The notes under the pieces are model-generated. The model saw nothing but the letters and a program-made list of their open reading frames with translations. It was not told the DNA's origin and did no database searches. Both the position numbers and the translations under genes were made by a program. A DNA stretch of 63,686 bases, filler included, from Welwitschia mirabilis (Eukaryota): assembly GCA_051453625.1 (NCBI GenBank). It is 5 parts of one record of this genome, joined end to end, with 100 filler letters (N's around TTAATTAATTAA, not from the genome) between each part and the next. Parts side by side here need not be neighbours in the genome. Positions count along the whole stretch, not along the records: positions 1 to 18,955 come from JBOZIK010000001.1; 4 more parts are not named here. One strand, 5' to 3'. Below, in pieces: positions 1 through 13,653 of the stretch. How positions within the stretch are numbered: position 1 is the first letter of the stretch; every line of letters starts with the position of its first letter.

Positions 1-17
1 TTTGAAAAATGGAGAAG

Positions 18-1113
18 TATTCCAGCACCAAATTAAGTGTATTTGATAGGGTATTCTAAGTTATTTTGCAGGTAAATTAGTAAGATAAATGTTTAGTTCC
101 CATGATAATGGAGAACCGGGATGAAAAGAATGAAAACATGTAATTTCTAGATAGACTACACACATTTTGTGCAGATGTGAATAAATGACATTTTAGATAA
201 TAATTTTCATTAAACAACAAGTGATTGGACTGACTGAATATTAATAAAAGACCATCGTCCACCTAATTGTCTAGACGTTAGTATGGACGACATTACTAAC
301 TAGTCGATAACACTTCACATGCAATTCATAGGTAGTTAAACTAGAGTAGATGAGAACATCTAATTATTAGTTAACATTATATCCTATATCGTCTAGACAA
401 TCAGAAGGACGACATTGTTTTCTTACACTTTTACTAATGTTCATCTGAGTTGTCGCTACTTTATTACGACTTTTATTTGCATGTTAGTTAGGGTTTTTCC
501 TATGCTTTTCTATCATTTTCCCTTCCTTTTCTGTCTATAAATAAGGGTCTCTCCCTCGATTCCTAATCATCTTCAAAAATACCTAACATACTTGTAACAG
601 GAGATCTTGGGACTAAAGAACCATTCTGTAATTGCAAAGAGATGTTTCCTTGGTGTTGGATGGCATTTTCTACATTGAGAAGTAGCTACTTTGTAATATA
701 GAAGTGATAGTATTTCTTATAATAAAATATTTTATTTTCTATACATGATATTCTCCCTCATAGTTTATATTATTTTAGATTTCGTGATAAGCTTATTTTT
801 TAATATAGATTATGAAAGCAGCCTTTGTCAAAGTTGAGCTTAATTAGTTTAGATGCATTGTTATTTCCTTTTCTAGATTAGTTTTGCATAAGTATGTTTT
901 ATTTTAATTCCATCATTGAAATTTATTTCAGTAGGTTAGGGTTACATATTTTTCTCTTAAAAGCAACTCTTTTATTTTCATACTTTTGCCTTCCACAGAT
1001 TATGACATTTGGATTACTCCCATCTATACTAGTGTATTGTGTTTGTGCATATTATTTGTGATTAATAGGATTCAGATTAGAATGTAAACATATCATAAAT
1101 ATGCACCGCAATA
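18..1113 (+). repeat. LTR, family A (Athila-related); probably the 3' LTR of an element extending upstream
   Basis: Start TATTCCAGCACCAAATTAAG aligns with TGTTGCAACGCCAACTTAAG at 36395. TATA box CTATAAATA at ~535. End CACCGCAATA. Reverse-complement homologue at 60860-61955. No TSD match; purine-rich tract immediately upstream. Confidence 0.75.
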
Positions 1114-2660
1114 GCCTACTAAAAGAAAAAATTGATGTATTTATTCCCCTCTTTAAGGCACTTAATCCTTAATCTTTTTCTCCAATAATTTTCCTCATTT
1201 GCATTTATTTCTTGAAGTTTCATGAGGCATCTGTATTTCCTATTATAGAAGGAATTCTAATCTCCCCATTCATTCCACTTGTAATAGATTGGCAGCATGC
1301 CACAAACAAGTGACACATGACCATACTGTACCTAGGCCTATATCTGGCTCACTTAACCATAAAGCTTGGTTAGGTGCTTCTCCCTCCTCCTAAGTGTAAT
1401 GGATTAGCTGGTCACTCACTCTTATCTAACATACAAATAGTGTGACCAATAGTTGGTAGCCTATGAGTTGAAGAAGAGCACATGAATAGGATCTGTATCC
1501 TTTTGTACAAGTGAATAGTTTGGAAGCATTGGATTGTGGTGATTATGGTGCTTATATCTTGTATACCCATGGTGGGTTACCTCTCTACTAACCTGTAGGA
1601 CGGTATAAAGGCCATTCTTACTCAGCTTGAATTTGCTATAACTCTTCCTTTAGTTCCCTTTTCAATTTGAATCTCTTCTTATTCTTTCTTTGTCAATTCT
1701 TAATATGAGCTTTAAGGATGTTTAAGCCTCTATAGAGAAATATGAAAGGATGCGTACCATCGTATTAATTCTAGATCTTCTTGACTACGGTTCTGGTTTC
1801 TCATAATTCAATAACATTCCATCCAAAATAGGCTCTAGGCATCATTATCTCCCCTATTATATATTTAATTAGCTAATGATCTAAGGCCCTTCTATTTAGA
1901 TTATAAGCTTTAATTAAAAGCTTTACTATGTCCTTTCTATTGAGGATTTTTATGTCTTAAACATTTTCTAATTGCCTCCCATCTTCTTATTGGACCAAGT
2001 GTATTTGCATCCTATAAGTGATATGTCTAATAGAGCATTTTGCATCATAAAATCTCTGAGAATAGCTACCCCTCTTGCTATTACAGTTTTCACCTCATGT
2101 TTTCTCTTAATGATGAAGACNNNNNNNNNNNNNNNNNNNNNNNNNNNNNNNNNNNNNNNNNNNNNNNNNNNNNNNNNNNNNNNNNNNNNNNNNNNNNNNN
2201 NNNNNNNNNNNNNNNNNNNNAGAATAGCTACCCCTCTTGCTATTACAGTTTTCATCTCATGTTTTCTCTTAATGATGAAGACATTAGTTAAAGTCCCTTA
2301 TTATTAACTACTTGATCTTATTTCCACTACCCTTTGAAGGTCCTCTAGTGTGGAGGCTTTGTCTAAGTTATTCTAATAGCTATAAATATTTATAATGGTC
2401 CATCCTTTTTCATTTAGAAATATAGTTAATTGATTATTGCTATTATTAACTAGTTCTACCTCCTTATTCGTGAGGGTTATAAGACCTTTTGAGTTTCCTT
2501 GTGCTGTGGAGGTAAAAATGCTCTATTAAAAATTTTCTAATTTTATGCCATCTGGTATTTTTATTTCTTGTAAATAGACTAAGCTAATGTTAAATTTACT
2601 GGTCAAATCTTTTAGGGTCTTTTTCTTATAGGAGGATCCTAATCCCCTATAAATAATTCT
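1114..2660 (-). pseudogene. L1-like LINE ORF2 fragment (APE endonuclease plus linker), decayed
   Basis: Minus-strand translations RGLGSSYKKKTLKDLTSKFNISLVYLQEIK (~2650-2560), LLDISLIGCKYTWSN (~2030-1985), RRALDH (~1880) and EENYWRKRLRIKCLKEGNKYINFF (~1200-1128) match plant L1 ORF2 motifs. Confidence 0.85.
1280..1622. repeat. ~340-bp GC-richer insertion interrupting the LINE (small solo LTR or TRIM-like)
   Basis: Breaks LINE coding continuity. Begins TGTAA, ends CTTAC(T), has TATA-like TACAAATAG at ~1432. No clear TSD. Confidence 0.35.
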
Positions 2661-3519
2661 TTAGCATCTCTATCATTTAGCATTTTAATTAATAGAAAAT
2701 TTAGTTTCTTTCCATATTTTCTTTCTTTTAATTCTTTTAAGTATAATAAATTATAATTTAAACAAAAATTAATTAATAATTTGATAATATTTTACTATAT
2801 AAGTTTAAAAAAGATAATAATTAGAGTCTTAATGCATAAAAATAAAAATTATTTAATAAATTTTTAATACAATTAATTAGGAAATCCCAGCACTATATGG
2901 AAGCACTACTTATATCTTATGAAGCTATTTTCATACCCACTGTCATGAGGATTTTGTGGGATTGGGATGGGAAACAACTCACTAAATTTAAGCAATGAGC
3001 TAGAACCTTTACCTATCATGTTAATTTTAAACATTATGTTGAAGTGGTAAGTGTAATAAAACTTTTAAATGTTTTTTAAAAGTGTATAAAAATACTTAAA
3101 TGTTTAGAAACAAAATGACCATAAAATATTTTCAACAAAGAAGCAATAGATAAGAAAAATGCCCATATGTGATAAGAGAGAGAAAAGCCAATGTACTATA
3201 ATATTTGAAATAAAATAATATGTATTAGTATTACATCTAGATTAGCATACTTATTTGATGTATGATATAATTTACATATTACACAAAGCTACAACTCTTT
3301 ATAAATAATTATTAATAGTTATGTAACTTTATTATGAGTGAGTTTAATTTTTCTAATTAATATTATTTTACTAGATTAGGAGTTTGTTAAAAATTTTGGA
3401 AATTTTTTTTCATCGGAACAACTTTATAATAGATACAAAAAGTATCTTAAAGATGAAACATATTAGTAAAAATGTGTTTTGTATTTTTTAATTTCATTGT
3501 TNNNNNNNNNNTAGCCATC

Positions 3520-5000
3520 ATACTTTCAAGTGTTTATCTTTAATTTGTAAAGCTTCAATTAATTTCTTATACTTATTTCTACTTATTAGTTTTATCAATC
3601 TATCTGCCTTTTACCATTGTATGTTGATGTAGTAGGATTTGATAAATGCTTCTAAGTAAAGATTCCTAATATAGTGGAATATCTTTAATATGCTTTATTA
3701 TTTCATGGAATATTAGATTCTTTATGAGTTTAACTAAACACTAATTATTACAATGAGTGGAAATTAGTACTTATACTTCTTTGCTTCGGTTACTTAAATT
3801 TGATAGATCCACTTTATTTCACACCACAAAATCATAGATGTGATGTATTTTCTTTACTAGAAAAAAGTGTAGTTGTCTTCTATTTTTAGCTTAACCATAA
3901 AAAAATATTTCCATTAAACTATGTAATATAACTTGTGGTATAACCTCTATATTCAACTCTACTTTAATATAGATTTCTGGTGTAAACAACTTCATTTTTC
4001 TTTTCTAAATATTATACCAAATTTTTTTGTTTCAATAAGATACTTCATTTATTACATTTATCACCAAATTAATATATGTTTTGTTTAAAGAATACATGAT
4101 TCTCCAAGCTTATTAATAGTAAATCTAATATCTAGTCTTCTATTCATCAAATGTATTAATTTTCCTATCAACTATAAAATTTTATGACCTCAACTTTTTA
4201 ATTTATTTTTTAGGATTTATTTCTATACTTGGATTCATTAGCCTACTGCTCATCAATAATTTTTTAATTGTATTTTTCAAGTATTTTATTGATACATTTT
4301 ACTTAAAACATTTTTATTATTTCATAATTCTTTAATATTAGAAATCTTAAAAAAATTATTAAGAGATCTGAGGCTAGATGTTTTAAATTTTTGATTAAGA
4401 AAATCCCTAACTTCTTTAATCCTTATTTCATGATCCCTTATTAATATGATGTCATCTACATAAAGTAATAGTATTACACCTCTTTTTTATTTGTTATGTG
4501 ATTTTATGTAGATATTTATGTCTATTGATAACTTCTTGAATCTCTATCTTTTAGGAATATGTTAATATTTTTAAACCATATTCTAGAATCTTCTTGTATG
4601 CTATAAAGGAATTTTTTTTTAATAAGTAGAATATTATTTCTTAGTCCTTGGTTTTAATCCTTCAAATTGAGTTATGTATATTTCTTATTTAATATTTTCA
4701 TATAGAAATGAATATTTAATATTAAATTAAGATAAATTCCAATTACATTGGATTATTAAGGATAGAATGTATGAATTTTAGTTGTAAGTGAAAATGTTTC
4801 ATTCTAGTTAATTCCTTTATTTTAGATGAAAACTTTAATAACAAACCATATTTCGTACTTATTGGCTATACCATATTAGCTATGTTTGATATGAATTATG
4901 TTAATTAACTTCTTTATTTCTTTAGTTAGTTTTTAAGTTTGATTCTTTAAGAGCATATCTTACTTGGTCATAGTAAAAATATGGCTATGTTTCTATCTGA
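3520..5000 (-). pseudogene. Ty1/copia pol remnant (RT and RNase H)
   Basis: Minus strand: KYEIWFVIKVFI*NKGIN*NETFS (decayed KYKARLVAKGFTQ..GIDY.ETFS, ~4860-4790), SRIWFKNIN (~4580), LLLYVDD (4451-4471), RNase H-like GSIKFK*PKQRSIST (~3790). Confidence 0.85.
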
Positions 5001-5299
5001 ATATTAAGATTTGGTAATACAATATCATTCTTGAAACATAAATTTTATGAAGCCACACTCCAATTTTACCAAATAAAAATAGGATTTTCATTTGTAGTAT
5101 AGTCCCATTGTATTTCTTCTAAGGAATAGATCCAATAAACTACTATAAATAAAGCAAAAACTCAAATGAAATGAAAGAGATTTTAGAGAAAAGAGAATAC
5201 GAAGAAAAAGAAATATTTAAGGAGCATAAAACTTGAAGCCAGAGATGAAGCATACTATTAGAATCTAGCATGAACACAATATTAGTGACAAGAGTTCCT

Positions 5300-8200
5300 A
5301 CAACAAAAATATACTTTTTCTATTATTAAACTAAAAATATTAACCTTCATTAAAGCTTGAGCATGGTGACATAATCACATTTACTAGATGAGTGTTGGTA
5401 AAGAACTTAAGTCATTTTAGCTCTCATAGCATATCTATATAAGCATGACAAGTAGGTAAAATCCCCAAAGAACATCAAGCATTATTATAAACCATAGGTT
5501 AAGATGAAAGCATGAAGAAATCACCTAGAAATAATATAAAAATCTTAACATACTTAGTACGAACTCATACATAACAAGTATATAATAATATCTACACTTT
5601 TTATCAAAAATATTTTATCAAAGATGAACTACCATTTTTCTAACTTATTTAAAGCATTAAAAGTATGTTACCAACCATACTTAAAATCAAGAGATTAAAA
5701 TAAAAAAATAGTATTTTATTAAATGAAATAGAGAAAAGATATAATACATGAATAGAAAACATCAAGATATAGGTAAAATGTCATGTTACCCTTAAGGGAT
5801 ATCCCATCCTGAGGGAATGATTTAGAAGAAAGAATGCATCAGTCTTAGAATAAAGTACAATGGAATAGCATGGAATGGAATTTAGCCTAGTATAAAAAAA
5901 GATGTTATAAAGTGAGGTGATTCACCCTTTTTATAGTAAAGGCTAGGCTAAAGTTTTAAATTATTAGGGTCTTGCTGGTTAGGGTTTTCACATGTAGAGT
6001 CAGTCACTTTAAAAATGAAGTTCATGGCAAATTCTAGTATAATGAGTGACTTGATTCATAATAAAAAACAACTTGGTTTTCCATGATAAGTCTAGGCCAT
6101 AAGTTTTGGAGTGAAATTCTTTAAACTATTGACACTATTATAAGTAATAGGTGGACCCCTTCTTTTGGAATTTGCACCAAAATATAATTAAAAGCCTAGA
6201 AATATCATTAAGAAAAGTATAAAATTAAACATGAGATTAAAAAGAGCATAAGAGAAATTTTTATGATTACATTAGCTAAATTACTATCTTGACTTAAATA
6301 AATTAGCTTAAAATAATCAAAATAAATTATAATTTTCATAAGCTATCACACCCCTAACCAACATTTTGATAATCTCTTAGAAAAACATATGATAAAGAAT
6401 GACTAATATATAAAAATTTCTAAGTAAAAACATTCTAGATTAATGTGACAATGATAAAAACTTTAAAAATTTTGATCAATTTATGAAAAAATAAGGTAGT
6501 AAAAATAATTTTAAAGTGCAAATCCCATATTTCCTAATCAAGGTTAAGATTTATTATCAAAGTTTAATAAGATAGAAAAATATATGTAGGTTTTAGTAAT
6601 AACTTAATAAAAACATTAAAAGAGAGATGATTCATTTCATGTCATCTTATTAAAACTAGAAAAACAAAAATAAAACTAATGCAAAACAAAACTATAATAC
6701 ATAAGAGAAGAAAAAAACAAAAATGCTAAAAGATGCATGAAGTAAAACAAAATTTTATGAGAGATGGCTAAGTAAAGGGGATCCAAAAATGATTGTTATA
6801 GATGAAAGTTATAGAGGATAATGAAAGGTAAATAGTTAAGAGGGAGAAAGATGAAAATGAATATGATGAAGTGTCAAAATGAAATAGAAAATTAATAAAG
6901 ACTAAGTTAAAGTCTATTTTTATAAAAGATTCTAACATGTCACTAACCTAAGATGATTATAGACCTAAATAAGAAGCCATGTGAGGAATTATGGGATCAA
7001 TAAGAAGAAAGTAATAGCAATGCTAATGAGATCTCATTGCAATAATAGTTTTCTATGACATAATATTTTAGATTGAGAAAAGTAAATAGGTAAGGTTATA
7101 ATGATTATGGAAACTTAGTAAGTGAGGTCATGAAATGCCTTGAAGGCTCAATGTAATGAAATATCACTAAAATCCAAGCTAAAATATCATTTAGTTTCAA
7201 TTATAATTTAGACAAATTTGGTCCTAGCATGATTCATGGATGGAGAGACTTTATCATTAAATTCTTTTTTCCCCTTTAAGTATGCTTACTCATAGAGATG
7301 GAAGGGTGAGTGAATGTGGTATGGGAAGGGGAAATGCATGAGAAATGAAGCACATGAAGATGAAACTAAAACTCTATCATAAATTATATTAATAAATGAA
7401 ACTATGAAACTAAATCAATGGACTTATCTATTAAAATTTTCATGATTTTTAAATTAATTTCTATGGAAAAAGACTTAACAAGACAAATTTTCATTAAAAG
7501 CATAATGCATAAGGTCATTAGAAAGTGGTTTTAATTCTAAGAAAGATTTGTATTCTTCATTAAATCTTGAATTTTGGTTATAAGATTAAGATGAAATAAA
7601 AACATTTTGCTTATGAAAATGTTAAAAAGAAGGAAATGATTCTACATATGATGAATCATGCACATGTTCTTCTTCTCATAATGATTGTTAAATGACTCAC
7701 CCTTAATTCGATGGCTATCCTTAAGTGGTTGCTCATCCTCTAGGTCATTGTTAATTTCCTTTCTATTCCTAAATGGTATGACTTAAGTATCATAGATTTT
7801 ATTATTATCTATATTTTCTATTATTTGAATACTTTTAGAATTAGTGTGATGTTCCAAATTTCGTTAAATTAGTTTTCATTGATAAAATTATAATAAAGCC
7901 TTTAATAATAACACAAGCGTTTAAAAAAATTAAGAATATACAATAATCTATCTATGAATAAATCCATTCTTTGTTAATCATTGATAAAATGAAACCTTTC
8001 CATATTAAATAGAGGCTTTAGTAAGTGAATTGGCAAAATCATATTACCTTTAACATCTAGTTTGTGAGACTGCTAGGGAACCAAACTAGCCTATCAAGAA
8101 TTAAGTATACTTGTTAAACGCCATGCATGTCTTTTAATTCTTTATTATCTATGTTTTAACAATGGTGAATGGTTATCTTAATGTTTCATAGAAATTGTAA

Positions 8201-9323
8201 CTATCCATAATTAGGTATAATTAGTTCCACAAGGATCATACCCTTTGAATGATAAATTTACATCTTTAATAAAGATAACAATTAACATTAACAACATGAA
8301 CATGGGGTATTATTTTCTTCAAATGAAAAGGAATTATAATAGACTTCCCCTTAAAAATTAACATTCATTCTTGAATTATTATTCTATAATAGAATTTTTC
8401 TTAATACTTGCTTGTCCTTCTTCAAATTCTTCATCCTTTTCTTGTTCTACTATAATATTTAAAAATAAGTTAAGATTTATATTCATTAGAAAATATTTTT
8501 GGAAATGTTTGTCATATAATTTCTTGATTTTCCCAACTATAGTGGTTACAATGAGATCTTTCAATTAATACTTTTCTAATAATTTTTCCTTATATTATTC
8601 TATGATGCTAGTTATTCTAGTAGTTATGGAAAATTATTGTTTTACCTACATATAGTAGTTGGTCTTTCAACAAGCTTCTTATGGCAAATTTAGTTCTAAT
8701 AAATAAATACAATTTTCCAACCTTAGTGGAAGGGTACCTATCAAATCATTTATAACTTCCTCTAGGTTATAGTGTATATGATATTTTACTAATCTTTGAA
8801 ATTCATCCTAATGTTTATCTAAACTCATTTTTCCTAATGATAATTGCAGTCTCCTATCTTTAAGAAAATAATCTAGAATAAATGCTTTTTAAAACTCTTT
8901 TATGAAATCTGACCAATGTATGTAGTTATTCTTTAATGTACTGAGATGGCCTCATCATGTTGCTATAGCTTTGGCATAATGACTTTATAACTTAATTTGT
9001 AAATTTTTTAGCTTGAAATGATTTTTAATATAGTGTAATCATTTAAAAGATGCTTCACAAGGGCACCTACATACATTTGAATTTTCACTTTTTTAATATA
9101 TTCTAATAATTCATGAACTTATATTCCATAAAAACCATTTTTTATAGTGAATGAAATTTAATATTCATATTGAGTTACTCTTTTATGTATATTGGCTTTT
9201 TTTATTAGTAGCTCTAGGGACTATGAGGATCACCTTCCTAATTAATGTATCTTATTGTTTTAAGCCTAGATGATGAGTTAAATTTGAGATTATAATTCTT
9301 GTATACTTTTCTCTCATGATTGA
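5300..9323 (-). mobile_element. Element E: old Ty3/gypsy-type remnant (gag plus non-coding 3' region); host of element B, resumes at 44588
   Basis: Retrotrans_gag-like translation HWSDFIKEF*KAFILDYFLKDRRLQLSLGKMSLDKH*DEFQRL at ~8925-8790. Internal TTAGGGGTGTGATAG motif at ~6345 resembles the one in B at ~39885. No recognisable RT. Left boundary uncertain. Confidence 0.5.
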
Positions 9324-10580
9324 TGTTGCACTGACAAATTATATATATTTGATAGTGTATTTTAAGTAGTTTTGCATGACATTAGATAAGTTTATGATGA
9401 GTTTTAATGATAATGAAGAGATAAAGAAAATATCACAAAAACATGCAATCTTTATTACATTTAATAACATTTAAAGAAAATTGCAATACTTCCTATCTGA
9501 AGTAGAAATTATATAATTAAATAGGCTAATATAACATAATAAACATATTTACAAATTCAATCATCCAATTATCATCTAAAAAATAGTACAAATAATAGAA
9601 GAAGTTATGCTATTTTGAACGATCACTAGACCAAACTGGCAAGAAATGTAGATCATGTATGATAAGGCATCATCTCTTATAATATCTAGATTACTAATAG
9701 GATGAAATCTAAAAATAAGTATTTACCAAAATTCATCCAACTTTTGCCATGTATCATATGCTTTCTTACATGATCATTAGGGTTTTACTACATCGATTAC
9801 TATTTGCTATTTTAGAGTTTTGTTTATAATAAATACCTCCTTTACCCTTGACTTTGACTTTATCTTCTTTGACATTGGAAATTATTATGATAGAAGATTG
9901 AAGGGTAGGAAACCCATTCTTTATTGTTATAGAGAAATGGCTTCCTTGGTGTTAAGACGTACATTCTTCATTGAGGTGATACTATTTTGTAAAATGAATT
10001 TTGATTCAAATTAATCAAAACTCTATTTCTATTTTTATATATTTTGTTTTATGCATCTCTCTTATGGTTTGTGTTGCTTATGATTTTGTGATAGCTTCAT
10101 TCGTGATATAGATCATGAACAAAACCTTTGTTAAGGTTAATACTAGTAGTTTAGGTGCATTATATTTTACTTCCTAGATTAAATTGCATTGTCTTCATAT
10201 CCTATTTAATGCATCTGATAGCTTAAGTTGGTTTTAATCTTGTAATGGCTTTTTTAAATTGATCTAAGTTATACAGGATTAATATCTATGATGGGTTGAT
10301 TTGGAAATTGAATAAATGTTACATTTAGATTAGTATTACATCTCATTTACATAGTGTATTTACTTACATTATTTACTTTGCATTATTATTTTATTCTACT
10401 TAGAAAGTGCACAAATATTTCATTTAAAATCAATTCCCTTTCTTCTTATTTGTGTCTTTAATTGATTAGAACATTCAGATCACTTCTATCTATATTAGTA
10501 TGTTGTGTTTTAAAATATATATTAGTGATTCATAAGATTTAATAAGATTGTAAAATATTACAAAAATATACATTTTAAAA
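9324..10580 (+). repeat. 5' LTR of element B
   Basis: Starts TGTTGCA and aligns along its length with 43331-44587. Followed by decayed PBS TCTTGGTATTATTCCTAAGGA. Confidence 0.85.
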
Positions 10581-11562
10581 TCTTGGTATTATTCCTAAGG
10601 AAGGATGCTTAGAGTTCGAGGATTGTTATCACTTAGATAAGAAGTTTGGATTTCAGTTTAGATATTTGTTTGTAGTAGCTTTGTATCTTTATAGTAAGAC
10701 TATAGGTTCTTTTTTCACATTTTTTAATTTGTATTCTGAAAATAACACCTTGTTAATCCCCTTATCATCTAGATGATACACGACAACAATGGCTTATGAA
10801 ACTAGGATTTTTCATTTTCATAAGAGCTAGGGTATTTTCCATCATCTCCTCTATTGTCTAGATGACTCTGAGGANNNNNNNNNNNNNNNNNNNNNNNNNN
10901 NNNNNNNNNNNNNNNNNNNNNNNNNNNNNNNNNNNNNNNNNNNNNNNNNNNNNNNNNNNNNNNNNNNNNNNNNNNNNNNNNNNNNNNNNNNNNNNNNNNN
11001 NNNNNNNNNNNNNNNNNNNNNNNNNNNNNNNNNNNNNNNNNNNNNNNNNNNNNNNNNNNNNNNNNNNNNNNNNNNNNNNNNNNNNNNNNNNNNNNNNNNN
11101 NNNNNNNNNNNNNNNNNNNNNNNNNNNNNNNNNNNNNNNNNNNNNNNNNNNNNNNNNNNNNNNNNNNNNNNNNNNNNNNNNNNNNNNNNNNNNNNNNNNN
11201 NNNNNNNNNNNNNNNNNNNNNNNNNNNNNNNNNNNNNNNNNNNNNNNNNNNNNNNNNNNNNNNNNNNNNNNNNNNNNNNNNNNNNNNNNNNNNNNNNNNN
11301 NNNNNNNNNNNNNNNNNNNNNNNNNNNNNNNNNNNNNNNNNNNNNNNNNNNNNNNNNNNNNNNNNNNNNNNNNNNNNNNNNNNNNNNNNNNNNNNNNNNN
11401 NNNNNNNNNNNNNNNNNNNNNNNNNNNNTCAATTTTTATTTTGTATTATTTAAAACTTTACATTTTGGTCTTTTTCATTTTTGGTTTTGTTTGTATCTTT
11501 TATCATCTAGATACATCGTTTGAACGACCATTAAAATGATGTTTACAAAAATAGAATTTAGC

Positions 11563-11970
11563 ATGCTGGGACATGGTAAACTTAGGTAAAAAGATAAAAT
11601 ATTAGATAGAGTAAATTCTAATCAAAGAAAACATCTAATAAGATTTAAATGACTATGAACTAAACCCAGGTATGCAACCACAAGTATGCAAAGCATTCTA
11701 AGAAATAAGTAATAATATTTTTTTACATTTATTATTTTAGAATCTAACTTTGTAAAGAAATTTTTTTAAAAAAAGGTTTAGAAGTAAATAGCATTATTAT
11801 AATGTCAAATTTTATGGAAAAATAGAAATAAGTATCTTTTCCTAATCCTCCTATAATGATAAGGATCTCTAATACACTCAATAATTCAAATGCTAATGTC
11901 ACTCTTAAAAAACTAATTACAAATAAAAAACATGAAATCTAAGATTCTTTAGACCTACCTCTTGATGATG
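11563..11970 (+). pseudogene. Element B gag, N-terminal part (cut by element C)
   Basis: Homologous to the gag start of C at 13654. Ends ..LDLPLDD at the TSD and continues at 21467. Confidence 0.7.
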
Positions 11971-13224
11971 TGTTGTAATGCCAATTTGTAGGAATTTGAT
12001 GGTATATTTTAAATGCTTTTGTAGAATAGTTACACAGGTTTTGATGTAATACTAATGACTATAGAGGTTTTACAAGATGATTAGTAAAACATATGATTCT
12101 TAGTGTTTTTGGCATTTTCTCAGGCTTATTCTGACACTGCATATTTGGAATAATACTTCATAATACAAAATCCTAATTTACCTTGATATTAAATAGAAGG
12201 AAGACTATCATCCCCTATGTCATCCACACGATATGCAGGATGATGATACTACTGATATGGATAAAAGCTGTAGGGCTAACAGTAGGGCATGAAGATATTT
12301 GGCATAGGGTGATATCCTCCATGTCATCTTAATGATAGTCAGGGTGATAGCTATTTTTGTATAATCAGAAAGAAATATCTTTGTAATGGGGTCAAGTAAC
12401 CCATGTAGGCTGTTAGGGTTTCTTCTCCAACTTCTAGGGTTTTGTCTTTAGAACCTAAATACAAAACTATAAATACCCTTCTCCTCCTTTATTTTTATTT
12501 TCATCTTTTGCACCTGATACACTTGTGATGGAAGATTGAAGGGAAAGAGGTTCATACAGATCTACAAAAAGGAGTTTCCTTGGTGTTAGGCTGAGTATCT
12601 TCCATTGAGGTGTTTTTATTTTATTTCTAAGTGAATGTAATTTCCTAAATACTCTTGTTAATCAATATAATTGTTATTTCATTTTCATTCTGTATGTTCC
12701 TTATGATTTACATTGATCATAGTTTATTGTGAAAACTCAGTGATTTATCTAGATTGTAAATGCAACCTTTATTAAAGTTAACCTTGTTTAGTATTAGATT
12801 TGCATTATTTTTTCATTCTATTTCATATTGCATTCATTCTTCTACTTGATAGATCTCATAGTTTATGTTGGTTAATAACTAGTTGAATGCTCTTCTTAAT
12901 TGATCTAAATTATAGACAATATAGTCCTTGTAATAGAAAGACTAAGATCTAAGTAGAATCCATTACATTTCATTTCCATTCACTTGCATTACCATTTTCA
13001 TTCACTTGCATTTTAGTTACTTGTTTATTTATTTCTAGTTTTTATAAGATAAAAGATCTAAAAATATATTAGAAATCAATTTTCTAACTCTAAGCGTAGT
13101 GTCTTTATTGGGATTACAACATTTGGGTGAACTCCAATCTATACTAGCATGTGTTTTTTGCAACTTTTTTGGTTTATAAATTTACTTAAAGGACTTCAGC
13201 ATTGCATAAATTCATACTACAACA
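11971..13224 (+). repeat. 5' LTR of element C
   Basis: TGTTGTAATG...CTACAACA, TATA box CTATAAATA at ~12467, homologous to 20181-21461. Confidence 0.9.
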
Positions 13225-13246
13225 TTTCGGTGCCATTGCCAGGAAA
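13225..13246 (+). promoter_or_regulatory. Primer-binding site of C (tRNA-Asp type, typical of Athila)
   Basis: TTTCGGTGCCATTGCCAGGAAA immediately after the LTR, close to the Athila consensus TTTGGCGCCGTTGCCGGGGA. Confidence 0.8.
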
Positions 13247-13653
13247 GGCCACAAGGAGCTAGGAGAATTATCATTAATCAAATAAGTACCTTGAATCTAT
13301 TATTTAGGATATTTATTTAAATTAATGCTATGTTTATAGTATAGTTTAAAGTAGATTTATTTTTGCATGATTTTATTTTTCATAATTTTTCTTAAGGATC
13401 CTATCATTTTCTCTATTGTTCCGACAACATAGGTCACAACAATTTAAAATTTTAAATTGTTTTTCTTTATAATAAACTATTGTTGTATCTATCATCACCA
13501 CAACAGTCTAGATGATAGTCTAATTTTCTTCTATTAGAATTTTTATAGTTTCATATTTTATTACTATGATCATCATTCTTCTTGTTATCACCATAACTAG
13601 ATGGATGATAGTCTGCTATTTTTCATTTCAGCTTTTTTGTTAGTTGATTAAGC

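Noticed and set aside
2059-2282. Apparent direct repeats flanking 100-N gaps (also ~29095/29280, ~41960/42073, ~42426/42599, ~48494/48620)
   Set aside because: Near-identical overlaps on both sides of fixed-size gaps indicate unmerged contig ends or haplotypes.
3520-5000. Idea that the two copia remnants (3520-5000 and 45420-49270) are halves of one split element
   Set aside because: Each has its own RT and RNase H, so they are separate copies.
10851-11539. Long ORFs in the track (also 23232-24148, 27492-28281, 61053-61440)
   Set aside because: They consist mostly of X residues from N gaps.
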